Under the pieces are notes generated by a model. That model worked only from the letters and a program-made list of their open reading frames with translations, was not told the DNA's origin and ran no database searches. Made by a program: the position numbers and the translations under genes. Positions 8,520-17,286 of a stretch of DNA of 64,000 nt are shown here, one piece after another (position 1 is the stretch's first letter; every line of letters starts with the position of its first letter). Where the stretch lies: contig OY759599.1 in assembly GCA_963662465.1 (NCBI GenBank), positions 5,280,001 through 5,344,000 of the forward strand, in the 5' to 3' direction. The DNA comes from Desulfatiglandales bacterium. Lineage in GTDB: Bacteria > Desulfobacterota > DSM-4660 > Desulfatiglandales > Desulfatiglandaceae.

Positions 8520-8547
8520 ATTATAATCTTGACAGTCATATTGTCAA
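8520..8547 (-). promoter_or_regulatory. Consensus sigma70 promoter with overlapping palindromic operator
   Basis: TTGACA-N16-TATAAT on the minus strand; palindrome TTGACA-N7-TGTCAA at 8529-8547. Confidence 0.75.
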
Positions 8548-8665
8548 CAAAATATTTGAAACAACACCCACCAACACCACACCAAAGGGACGCAAGTCTT
8601 TTGAATGACATACTTATTTTTTCTTAACTTTTTTTTGATAGGATACCATCAATGGGCAAGGTTTA

Positions 8666-8692
8666 GGCTTTTGCTACTTTTGCGACTATTGC
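8666..8692 (+). repeat. Second 9-bp-period triad (NNCTWTTGC)
   Basis: GGCTTTTGC TACTTTTGC GACTATTGC. Confidence 0.6.
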
Positions 8693-8726
8693 TCTTAGAG
8701 TCTCAAATGTTAATTTCACCCCGAAA

Positions 8727-8762
8727 GGGGGTTTTGAGGGTATTGAGGGTATTGAGTATAGG
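8727..8762 (+). repeat. Distal copy of the iteron triad (crr-like)
   Basis: GGGGG TTTTGAGGG TATTGAGGG TATTGAGTA TAGG is the reverse complement of 4058-4093 at 34/36 positions. Confidence 0.85.
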
Positions 8763-8771
8763 TTTAGAAAT

Positions 8772-10049
8772 TTACTTTCCACTGTTCGCATGTAGTGGGA
8801 TCACCTCCGCCGTGGCCTTTAACGATGTAGCTGCTTCCATCCTTTGCACCGCCGCCCGTAATGATCCGGCCCCCAGGTGTGAATACCTGGCTGCCATAGT
8901 AACATCCGCATGGCCCAACAACTGACTCACCTCATACAATGATGCACCATTAGACATAAGATTGCTGGCAAAGGAATGTCTCAAGCTGTGGAAAACAACC
9001 CTGGCCCGCCTATCTTCCACATCATCATTGAAATGAAGGGCATCAACCGCCCGGAAAAACGAATGACTTATTTTTTTAATGGGCTCTCCATTGGTATCCT
9101 TGAAAACAAGATCCGTTTTCTTCCCCATGGGCATTGACTGGAACATCTCTTGAACCCTGGACGTCATAAACGCCGCCCGGTTTTCCGTTGCCTTTGGATC
9201 AACCACCATAATGATTCCGTCTGGAATATTGATATGGCCTAATTGCAGCTTTACGATTTCCCCGAAGCGAAGCCCACAATCCAGACTAACAAGTGCAATG
9301 TCATGGGTTTGCTGTGATCTTTCTTTCAACTCTGAAAGAAGCAATTCACTTTCCTGTGGGGAAAGAAACCGCATCCGCCTATTATCAAACTTTGGGATCT
9401 TGACACCACGGCCCGGCCAATCACCACTGACTATTCCTTGATTCCTGGCCATGTTCCACACCTGCCTTGATATGGCCATGACATATTGAATACGCCGGGG
9501 GCTTTTACCCTCTTTGAGCATAGCCCTTTTCAGTTTTTCCAGATGCAAAGGACGCCAATCCCGCAGTCGTATTTTCCCCAGGTAGGGCTTTAGCCACACC
9601 TTAAAAACTGACTCTTCCTCGGCCATAGTGGTGTTTTTTTTGTGGGTTTTGGCAATGGGCAAGTAGTTGTCGGAAAAAAATTGACCAAAAGTTAAAGACT
9701 GCTCCTTCTCCGCAGCCCTGGCCCGATCCTCTTCTCTTTTCTGGATCTCCGCCAGCTCCCTTTCTTCTTTGAGAGTAGCTGGCCCAGCCCCGGCCTTGGC
9801 ATTCGCTTTCAGTCGTTCCAACTCACCTGTGGCGTATTCAAGCAAAGATCGTTTTCCAATCCCACCATCGTTTTCAACCCTGGATTTCTCAGCCTGTGAA
9901 AATTCACTTTCCCAACCAAAAGGGATATGCTCCATTTTGCCGTCAACCATATAGCGTCCTCTGAAATACCTATCAAAACGCTTGCCATACTTTCGGCTTT
10001 CGTGGTTATACGCCTGGAGGCCCTTGCCTACCTTGTACCATTTCGCCAT
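8772..10049 (-). CDS. Tyrosine recombinase / integrase
   Basis: DCGLRFGEI, HSLRHSF, LLGH and ARYSH catalytic motifs intact; start at MAKWYK after a GGAGGGG RBS. Confidence 0.96.
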   Translation of the reverse strand: MAKWYKVGKGLQAYNHESRKYGKRFDRYFRGRYMVDGKMEHIPFGWESEFSQAEKSRVENDGGIGKRSLLEYATGELERLKANAKAGAGPATLKEERELAEIQKREEDRARAAEKEQSLTFGQFFSDNYLPIAKTHKKNTTMAEEESVFKVWLKPYLGKIRLRDWRPLHLEKLKRAMLKEGKSPRRIQYVMAISRQVWNMARNQGIVSGDWPGRGVKIPKFDNRRMRFLSPQESELLLSELKERSQQTHDIALVSLDCGLRFGEIVKLQLGHINIPDGIIMVVDPKATENRAAFMTSRVQEMFQSMPMGKKTDLVFKDTNGEPIKKISHSFFRAVDALHFNDDVEDRRARVVFHSLRHSFASNLMSNGASLYEVSQLLGHADVTMAARYSHLGAGSLRAAVQRMEAATSLKATAEVIPLHANSGK

Positions 10050-10067
10050 TTGCATCCCCTCCGATTG

Positions 10068-10093
10068 TTTAGACAAAATTTAGACAAAAAAAC
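10068..10093 (+). repeat. Putative integrase arm-type site, between the int promoter and RBS
   Basis: Identical to 2541-2566. Confidence 0.8.
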
Positions 10094-10133
10094 TCTTGAT
10101 ATAGTGGGAATTTCAAGGATGAACTAGGAAGGT

Positions 10134-10162
10134 ATTATAGAGATAAGGTTTTGATATGTCAA
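10134..10162 (-). promoter_or_regulatory. Integrase promoter
   Basis: Perfect TTGACA-N17-TATAAT on the minus strand. Confidence 0.8.
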
Positions 10163-10205
10163 GGTGAAAGTGATATTTAGGGAAACTGTGGGAAACACAC
10201 AAAAA

Positions 10206-10259
10206 CAGATTCCTAATCTGGGTGTCGTGCGTTCGAGTCGCGCCGGGGGCACCAACAAA
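10206..10259 (+). repeat. attR core (duplicated tRNA-Arg 3' part)
   Basis: 54-bp identity with 2435-2488. Confidence 0.97.
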
Positions 10260-10536
10260 GATAATCGTTTACGGGTTTTTACTGAAAGTGCTTTTTTAGT
10301 TTAGGCCTGTTTTTGTACAATCCTTGTACAATCTGGCGTGTTTTGGCACAAAAAAGACAGTCGTCCTTGGTTACCGCTTCACCTCAAACGGTTCCCTTTC
10401 CCCGGAAAAAGCTGTTCATGGTTTTCCTCCATGGTATAATCCGCAATATTCATTGTGGAGGAACTGGTTGGGAGGACATTATGCGCAAGCCCGGTCGCTG
10501 TCCAAACCGTAAAGCCATCACAATTATCCGCCCCCC

Positions 10537-10819
10537 CCCTTGCACTTCAGGAACACATGATTAGAATTGCGAAAAAGATTGCGTTAATGGTCGCCGGCGG
10601 CGCTGCGATGAAATTTCGGCGGAACCTGACCAAGAAGCAGGAAATGCTGGGCAAGGTAGCGGACGTATTAAAATATTCGCAATGGAGCGCCATATGATGA
10701 GAACCCTCAAGATCATTGACAAAGTGGGGGAAGAAAAGGTAAAATATTGTATTGGCGCCGTGAGTTTAAAAAGGGAGATTGCAGACCGGATCACGGATCT
10801 GGAAGCCTTTTCCTTATAA
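10537..10819 (+). pseudogene. Fragment of an acyl-CoA dehydrogenase C-terminal region, frameshifted
   Basis: AKKIALMVAGGAAMKF..LTKKQEMLGKVADV, then in another frame IFAMERHMMRTLKIIDKVGEEK...LKREIADRI; resembles long FadE-type C-termini; no N-terminal domains. Confidence 0.6.
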
Positions 10820-10845
10820 ACATTCAAACCGGAATGTGACACGGG

Positions 10846-10879
10846 AAAGAGGTTCTGCCTGGAGCAGAACCTCTTTTTT
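10846..10879 (+). terminator. Intrinsic terminator-like hairpin just upstream of fusA
   Basis: AAAGAGGTTCTGC-CTGGA-GCAGAACCTCTTT followed by TTT. Confidence 0.7.
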
Positions 10880-10908
10880 GTTGCCGGAATAACAACAAGA
10901 GGTTGCTC

Positions 10909-12999
10909 GTGAAAAATGAGATTGGCAAATTAAGAAATATTGGCATCAGCGCCCATATCGATTCGGGGAAAACCACCCTAACCGAAAGAATTTTGTTTTA
11001 CACCAATCGAATCTTTGCCATTCATGAAGTGAAGGGAAAAGACGGCGTGGGCGCCACCATGGACTCCATGGAACTGGAAAGAGAGAGGGGCATCACCATT
11101 GCCTCCGCCGCTACCCATTGTGAATGGAAGGGGCATAAAATTAATATTATCGATACCCCCGGGCATGTGGACTTCACCATTGAGGTGGAGCGGGCGCTCA
11201 GGGTCATGGACGGCGCCATTCTCATCCTTTGTTCCGTGGGCGGGGTCCAGTCGCAATCCATTACCGTGGACCGGCAAATGAAACGATACGAGGTGCCTCG
11301 AATCGCTTTCATCAATAAATGCGATCGATCCGGGGCGGACCCTTACAAGGTCGTGGACCAGCTTCGTCAGAAACTGAGCCAGAATGCCGTTCTCATGCAG
11401 ATCCCCATAGGCCTGGAATCTAAATTTGAAGGGGTGGTGGATCTCGTTTCCATGAAAGCCCTCTACTTCGAAGGCGCAAGCGGTGAAACCATCAGAACCG
11501 ACAAAATTCCCGATCATCTCATGACGGAAGCATTAAAGCGAAGAGAAGAATTGCTGGATGCCGCCTCAATGTTTTCGGATGATTTGATGGAAGCCATTTT
11601 TGAAGAGGCGGTTACTGAAGAGTTGATTTTCAAGGCGGTGCGAATTGGGACCATTTCGCGACTGCTGACCCCGGTATTTCTGGGAAGCGCTTACAAGAAT
11701 ATCGGCGTTCAGGAGATACTGGACGCCATCACGCGGTATCTTCCAAACCCCGGGGACAGTACCAATAAGGCCCTTGATCTGGACCGGAACGAGGAAGAGG
11801 TGACCCTTGAAACGGATCCGGAAATGCCCCTGGTAGCCATTGCCTTTAAACTGGAAGTCACCCTTTACGGTCAATTAACGTATCTTCGGATCTACCAGGG
11901 CGCCGTCAAAAAAGGCGACGACCTGGTGATTACCCGGACCGGCAGGAAGATCAAAGTGGGACGTCTGGTCAGGATGCACGCCGACCAGATGGAAGACCTC
12001 ACGTCGGCCCGTGCCGGGGATATTGTCGCCCTGTTCGGCGTCACCTGCTCCTCGGGGGATACCTTCACCGACGGCAAACTGAACGTCAGCATGAGTTCCA
12101 TGTTTGTGCCGGAACCGGTCATCTCCATTACCATCACCCCTGAAGACAATAAGAGCCAGAACAATATGAGCAAGGCCCTGGGTCGCTTCACACGGGAAGA
12201 CCCCACCTTTCGGTCCTATGTGGATACCGAAAGCGGTGAAACCATTATCTCCGGAATGGGGGAACTTCACCTGGAAGTCTATGTGGAGCGGATGAAGCGG
12301 GAATTCCAGGCCAGCGTGGTGACGGGCGTCCCCCAGGTGGCCTATCGGGAAGCCATCACATGCCATGCGGACTTTGATTACATTCACAAAAAACAAACAG
12401 GCGGTTCAGGGCAGTTCGGACGAGTGGCAGGTTTTATGGAACCTTCCGAAGAAGGCGAATATGAGTTTATCAACGCCATCAAAGGCGGCGCCATCCCCAC
12501 CGAATACGTTCCCGCCGTGGACAAGGGATTTCAAGCCTGTTTGACCAAAGGGAAACTCATCGGTTTTCCAGTGCTGGGAATGAAAATAACCGTCAACGAC
12601 GGCAAAAGCCACAGCGTGGATTCCTCTGAAATGGCCTTTACCCAGGCCGCCATGGGGGCCTTCAGGCAGGCGTATATGAAAGCGAAACCCGTGGTGCTGG
12701 AACCGATCATGAAGGTATCGGTGGAAGGCCCTTCCGAGTTTCAGGGCAATGTCATGGGTTCCATCAACCAGCGGCGCGGAATGATTATCAGCAACACGGA
12801 AGACGGCGCCAGCACCACCGTGGAAGCGGAAGTGCCGCTTTCTGAAATGTTCGGTTATGCCACGGCCCTTCGCTCCCTGACCCAGGGGAAAGCAGAATTC
12901 ACCATGGAATTTTCCAAGTATGCCAAACTTCCCGAATCCCTTTCAGAGGAATTGATATCCAACACAATGAAGCATTCAAAAGGAGGTGGGAAATCGTGA
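10909..12999 (+). CDS. fusA: Elongation factor G, spdEFG1/mtEFG1-like paralog outside the str operon
   Basis: [40 protein letters not shown] and GGVQSQ subfamily signatures; GTG start after AAGAGG (TTG at 10903 is an alternative). Confidence 0.95.
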   Translation: MKNEIGKLRNIGISAHIDSGKTTLTERILFYTNRIFAIHEVKGKDGVGATMDSMELERERGITIASAATHCEWKGHKINIIDTPGHVDFTIEVERALRVMDGAILILCSVGGVQSQSITVDRQMKRYEVPRIAFINKCDRSGADPYKVVDQLRQKLSQNAVLMQIPIGLESKFEGVVDLVSMKALYFEGASGETIRTDKIPDHLMTEALKRREELLDAASMFSDDLMEAIFEEAVTEELIFKAVRIGTISRLLTPVFLGSAYKNIGVQEILDAITRYLPNPGDSTNKALDLDRNEEEVTLETDPEMPLVAIAFKLEVTLYGQLTYLRIYQGAVKKGDDLVITRTGRKIKVGRLVRMHADQMEDLTSARAGDIVALFGVTCSSGDTFTDGKLNVSMSSMFVPEPVISITITPEDNKSQNNMSKALGRFTREDPTFRSYVDTESGETIISGMGELHLEVYVERMKREFQASVVTGVPQVAYREAITCHADFDYIHKKQTGGSGQFGRVAGFMEPSEEGEYEFINAIKGGAIPTEYVPAVDKGFQACLTKGKLIGFPVLGMKITVNDGKSHSVDSSEMAFTQAAMGAFRQAYMKAKPVVLEPIMKVSVEGPSEFQGNVMGSINQRRGMIISNTEDGASTTVEAEVPLSEMFGYATALRSLTQGKAEFTMEFSKYAKLPESLSEELISNTMKHSKGGGKS

Positions 13000-13691
13000 A
13001 AGATTTTATCTCAGTCAGCCCGCTCAAAATTCTTGAGCAATCATCGCGTCGGGGCATCGGACCCGGAAATCTGGGGGTTTTGATTGCGCGCGCAGGCGTT
13101 GGCAAAACCGCCTGCTTGATTCACATTGCACTGGACAGAATCTTTCGTGGAGAGAAACTGATCCATATTTCCCTTGAAGAGGGGCCGGAAAAGGTAACCG
13201 CTTACTATAATGTCATCTATAATGATCTGTTGAAGGCCTTGAACCTGCCGGATGACGACGAATACCGCATGCGCATTGACCGGAATCGAATGATCCTGGC
13301 TTACCTGAATCAGAGTTTTGATCTGGATCGTCTGGAGGCTAACCTGAGAAATCTGGCCGATATGCTGGATTTCAGGCCCAACACCCTCATCATCGATGGC
13401 CTTGATTTTGAAAAATCAGGACGAAACATGCTTGAAGGCCTCAAAGGGATCGGCCGGGCCTTTGGCGCGGAAATATGGCTTTCAGCCCTGTCCCACCGCC
13501 ACATCGTTGACACCAATGAACGGGGCATTCCGCATCCCTGTTCCGCCGTTGATGATCTGTTGAGTATCATTGTTCAGCTTATCCCCGAGCCGGCGGGCGT
13601 TTTTCTGAGATTGCTCAAAGACCATGACAAACCGGGAAATCCCGACATCAGCGTCAGACTGGACCCCAACACCTTTCTGGCGTTGGATTAA
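12996..13691 (+). CDS. RecA/KaiC/DnaB-like P-loop ATPase of unknown function
   Basis: ARAGVGKT Walker A, HISLEE, LIIDG Walker B; GTGA overlap with fusA. Confidence 0.75.
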   Translation: MKDFISVSPLKILEQSSRRGIGPGNLGVLIARAGVGKTACLIHIALDRIFRGEKLIHISLEEGPEKVTAYYNVIYNDLLKALNLPDDDEYRMRIDRNRMILAYLNQSFDLDRLEANLRNLADMLDFRPNTLIIDGLDFEKSGRNMLEGLKGIGRAFGAEIWLSALSHRHIVDTNERGIPHPCSAVDDLLSIIVQLIPEPAGVFLRLLKDHDKPGNPDISVRLDPNTFLALD

Positions 13692-13694
13692 AAA

Positions 13695-13736
13695 CAGAGG
13701 TCAGAGGTCGGAAATCGGAGGTCGGAAAACGGAACG
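13695..13736 (+). repeat. Degenerate heptamer tandem repeat (CAGAGGT/CGGAGGT), ~6 units
   Basis: CAGAGGT CAGAGGT CGGAAAT CGGAGGT CGGAAAA CGGAACG. Confidence 0.75.
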
Positions 13737-13742
13737 GGTAAA

Positions 13743-13889
13743 ATGAAAGTCAATTGTCAGGAACATCGAAAAAGCATGGCGCTGCTGGGATTGCGGCTGC
13801 GCCTAAAGGAAACGACCCTCAACCCCAGGGAACGCCGGGAGATTGAAGAGCAGATTGCCACCCTTGAAAAGGAGCTGGAAATGGATTGA
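13743..13889 (+). CDS. Small 48-aa helical protein
   Basis: Below the ORF-track cutoff: MKVNCQEHRKSMALLGLRLRLKETTLNPRERREIEEQIATLEKELEMD; fills the gap to the dtd stop. Confidence 0.6.
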   Translation: MKVNCQEHRKSMALLGLRLRLKETTLNPRERREIEEQIATLEKELEMD

Positions 13890-13893
13890 AGCG

Positions 13894-14343
13894 CTAAAAA
13901 GTCTTGGCGCTGTCCAGCATCAGGGTTACGGGACCGTCGTTAATGAGATGAACGTCCATCATTTCCTGAAACCTTCCCGTAGCCACGAAAACGCCCTTTT
14001 CTTTGAGCAATGCCACAAAACGCTCATAAAGCCTTCGGGCGATCGCCGGTTCCGCCGCCTTTACAAATGAAGGCCTGCGGCCTTTTCGGCAATCTCCCCA
14101 GAGGGTAAACTGAGAGACCACCAGCGCGGCGCCATTGGTATCCAGGAGCGAGAGATTCATGAGATCCTTTTCATCGGGAAAAATTCTCAGGTGAACGATT
14201 TTATTGACCAGATAATCACAGTCTTTTTCGGCATCATCCCGACCCACACCCAACAGGATCAGCAATCCCGGACCGATCTCTCCAACCACGCGTGCCTTGA
14301 CTTCTACCCTTGACTCCTTTACCCTCTGCACCACGGCTCTCAT
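13894..14343 (-). CDS. dtd: D-aminoacyl-tRNA deacylase
   Basis: [26 protein letters not shown]. Confidence 0.96.
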   Translation of the reverse strand: MRAVVQRVKESRVEVKARVVGEIGPGLLILLGVGRDDAEKDCDYLVNKIVHLRIFPDEKDLMNLSLLDTNGAALVVSQFTLWGDCRKGRRPSFVKAAEPAIARRLYERFVALLKEKGVFVATGRFQEMMDVHLINDGPVTLMLDSAKTF

Positions 14344-14388
14344 GGGTCATCTCCCTGTCCGGGCGACAGATTCGCCCCTCCAATTTTA

Positions 14389-15780
14389 ATGGGTTCACAA
14401 TCTTCCATGAAACCTTCACTGATTCTCATCAACCCCTGGATTTATGATTTTGCGGCCTATGACCTCTGGTCCAAACCCTTAGGCCTTCTTTACCTGGCCT
14501 CGGAACTCCGGCGAAAGGGTTTTGCCGTCCATCTCATGGATTGCATGGATGTGGATCATTCTGCAATGGTGGGACATTCATCCCTGAAACCGCCCAAGCG
14601 GCGACAATACGGCACTGGCAAATTCTGGCGTCAAATTGTTCCAACGCCCACGCCCCTTGAAAAAACCGAACGCCCTTACAGCCGCTACGGGATTCTGCCG
14701 GAGATGTTTGAGGAGGCCTTGAAACAAGTCAAAAATCCTTCGGCCATCCTGGTCACCTCGCTGATGACCTACTGGTATCCCGGGGTTCAGGAAGCGATCC
14801 GGCTAAGCAAAAAAGTACATCCCAACGTCCCGGTCGTCCTTGGCGGCATATACGCCAAGCTGTGCGAAGAACACGCCGTGCAGCATTCGGGGGCGGATAC
14901 AGTGGTTTCAAAGCAGGGCCTGCCCGCGGTATGCGACGTTCTTGAAAAAAACGGAATTGCCATCCCTCATGAACAGCCGGATGCGGCAATGCCCGCTTAT
15001 CCGGCCTTTGACCTGTTAAGCAAAATTCATTACATCTGCCTCATGACCTCCTCCGGTTGTCCCTTCCGGTGCCATTACTGCGCCAGCCACTTCCTGTTCC
15101 CGGAATTTATCCAAAGAGACCCCGGGGAAGTTCTGGAGGAGATCCTCTACTGGCACCGGAAATGGGGCATTCGGGATTTTGCTTTTTACGACGACGCGCT
15201 GCTGGTGTCGTCAGATACCCACATGGGGGTACTCCTTGAAAGGATTGCCCGTCTCGATCTCCCCATCCGGTTCCACACGCCCAATGCCATTCATGTGAGG
15301 GAAATCACCAAACCCATGGCAGAACTTCTTCACCGGACCGGATTTCAAACCATTCGCCTGGGGCTTGAAGCTTCGCCCCTTTTCAAACAGGGCGCCACGC
15401 GCTGGGATCTGGACAACAAGCTTTCAAAAGGCGATTTTGCCCATGCCATGGATCACTTGATGGGCGCCGGTTTCGACCCCAGGCAGATCGGCGCTTACAT
15501 CATGATGGGATTGCCGGGGCAGTCGCCCGATGCCGTCGCCGAAACCATCCGTTATGCGGATCAGCACGGCAGCATCCCGTACCTTTCGGAATACTCGCCC
15601 ATCCCCCATACGCGACTCTGGGAAAAGGCCGTTGCCTGCTCGGCCTATGACCTTTCATCGGAACCCCTGTTTCACAACAACTCGCTTCTCCCCTGCTGGG
15701 ATCATGCTCAAAAAAAAGAGATTCCCCGTTTAAAACGTCTGGTTTTTCAAGTTCGAGAGAAGTACCGGAACAACTCCTAA
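14389..15780 (+). CDS. B12-binding-domain radical SAM protein
   Basis: CPFRCHYC motif; PLGLLYLA, VLGGIYA, FYDD, TPNA. Confidence 0.88.
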   Translation: MGSQSSMKPSLILINPWIYDFAAYDLWSKPLGLLYLASELRRKGFAVHLMDCMDVDHSAMVGHSSLKPPKRRQYGTGKFWRQIVPTPTPLEKTERPYSRYGILPEMFEEALKQVKNPSAILVTSLMTYWYPGVQEAIRLSKKVHPNVPVVLGGIYAKLCEEHAVQHSGADTVVSKQGLPAVCDVLEKNGIAIPHEQPDAAMPAYPAFDLLSKIHYICLMTSSGCPFRCHYCASHFLFPEFIQRDPGEVLEEILYWHRKWGIRDFAFYDDALLVSSDTHMGVLLERIARLDLPIRFHTPNAIHVREITKPMAELLHRTGFQTIRLGLEASPLFKQGATRWDLDNKLSKGDFAHAMDHLMGAGFDPRQIGAYIMMGLPGQSPDAVAETIRYADQHGSIPYLSEYSPIPHTRLWEKAVACSAYDLSSEPLFHNNSLLPCWDHAQKKEIPRLKRLVFQVREKYRNNS

Positions 15781-16133
15781 AGCAACCCCTTTTCCCTCAA
15801 AACAGACATGGAACGATGCCCGATAGTGGTGACTTGGCTCAACGCCTGGGTGAGATGCACCACCGATTCGGGGGCTACACCGGAATCGATCATTACAACG
15901 GCCTTTTGAACGGTTTTATCAATATCATCCCAGGAGACATCTCCCGAGACGTTTTTCGCCAACTGGATTTCCTGGCGAATCATATCGATATTCATCTTGA
16001 TCACCTTCCGTGCCCCCTCCTTTTCGGACATAGGAAGCCCCGCAAGCAATTCGAGAGACTGAGACGTGCCGATAAGACTGGATTTTACCTTTTCACTTTG
16101 GGAAAAGGCGATAATGGCCTGATTGATTTCCAT
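15777..16133 (-). CDS. Hypothetical helical protein
   Basis: 118-aa ORF with AAGGAG RBS, divergent from pyrR. Confidence 0.7.
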   Translation of the reverse strand: MEINQAIIAFSQSEKVKSSLIGTSQSLELLAGLPMSEKEGARKVIKMNIDMIRQEIQLAKNVSGDVSWDDIDKTVQKAVVMIDSGVAPESVVHLTQALSQVTTIGHRSMSVLREKGLL

Positions 16134-16291
16134 GAATTATTTTCTCCTTATGGTCAAACGATTGTTCGTGGACAGTGCATTTTACCGGCCTCAGTTTTCC
16201 TCGGATGCCCCAAAAAGTCAACAATTTTATTGACATGCTCATAGGCCTGTGATAATAAATATAGTTTTTTATTTATCATGGGGTTCGTGCT

Positions 16292-16840
16292 ATGAAAGCA
16301 GGCATAATTCTAAATAAAGAAGATATTAACCAGCATATTCAGGGAATTGCAAACCAAATCGTTAGCAAACATAAATCCGCTAAAGAAATTGTTCTGATCG
16401 GCATTCGCACGGGCGGCGCCTTTCTGGCGGCGCGTCTTCAGAAAGCCTTGACCGGGTTAGGGGTAAAAACGCCGCTCCTGGGCATTCTGGATATTACCCT
16501 TTACCGTGACGACTGGACCAAAATCGGCGCCGCCCCCATCGTGGGAAAAACGGATTTGCCCTTTTCCGTTGACGGCAAGCTGGTGATTCTGGTGGATGAT
16601 GTGCTTTATACGGGAAGAACCGTCCGTGCCGCCATGGATGCACTGATGGATTACGGTCGACCCAAAAAGATCGAACTGGCCATTCTGGCGGACCGGGGAG
16701 ACGATAACCGGGAATTGCCCATTGCACCCAACTACAAGGGGGGGACGTGGAGTACGTCCGCGGAAGAAACCATCAATGTGTATCTGCAAGAAGCGGGGTT
16801 TAACGATTATGCGGCCATCGAAAAGAAAAAGGCTGCATAG
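16292..16840 (+). CDS. pyrR: Pyrimidine regulatory protein / uracil phosphoribosyltransferase
   Basis: LDITLYRDD, LVDDVLYTGRTVRAAMD, ELPI. Confidence 0.95.
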   Translation: MKAGIILNKEDINQHIQGIANQIVSKHKSAKEIVLIGIRTGGAFLAARLQKALTGLGVKTPLLGILDITLYRDDWTKIGAAPIVGKTDLPFSVDGKLVILVDDVLYTGRTVRAAMDALMDYGRPKKIELAILADRGDDNRELPIAPNYKGGTWSTSAEETINVYLQEAGFNDYAAIEKKKAA

Positions 16841-16865
16841 CGAAAAAAATTAAACGGAGATCTCC

Positions 16866-17264
16866 ATGCCCATCACGATTTCCATCAAAACAACGGAGCG
16901 GATTGATATGGTGGACATCACCCGCTTTGTGCAGCATGAAGTTGAAAAGGCAGGTGTAACCGACGGACTTTGCGTCGTGTATGTCCCTCACACCACGTCC
17001 GGCGTGACCATCAATGAAGGCGCTGATCCGGCGGTCTGCTCGGACATGATTACCAAATTGAAAGCACTGGTTCCCCCCAACGACGGCTACCGCCACATGG
17101 AAGGGAATTCCGACAGCCATATCAAGACATCTCTCATGGGCAGTTCGGTTACCGTGTTGGTGGAAGGCGGGCAGCTGGTTCTCGGAACCTGGCAGAAGAT
17201 ATTTTATTGTGAATTCGATGGTCCCCGATCGCGGAATTTTTTTGTCAAAGCGTTTAATTGCTGA
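16866..17264 (+). CDS. yjbQ: YjbQ/UPF0047 family protein
   Basis: HTTSGVTINEGADP, HMEGNSDSHIK, LGTWQ, EFDGPR. Confidence 0.93.
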   Translation: MPITISIKTTERIDMVDITRFVQHEVEKAGVTDGLCVVYVPHTTSGVTINEGADPAVCSDMITKLKALVPPNDGYRHMEGNSDSHIKTSLMGSSVTVLVEGGQLVLGTWQKIFYCEFDGPRSRNFFVKAFNC

Positions 17265-17286
17265 CCTCTTTTTTTGAAAATACAAC

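Larger units (their letters stand above)
2435..10259 (-). mobile_element. Integrated phage-satellite-like / minimal integrative element in tRNA-Arg(CCT); predicted excised circle 7771 bp
   Basis: 54-bp direct repeat at both ends; intact integrase, AlpA/Xis-like gene and primase; all genes on the minus strand; no capsid, tail, large terminase, relaxase or T4SS genes. Confidence 0.93.

Noticed and set aside
10206..10254. Second tRNA-Arg gene
   Set aside because: Only the 3' part is present; it is attR.
2435..10259. Calling the element a prophage or ICE
   Set aside because: No capsid, portal, tail, lysis, large terminase, relaxase or T4SS genes between intact att sites.
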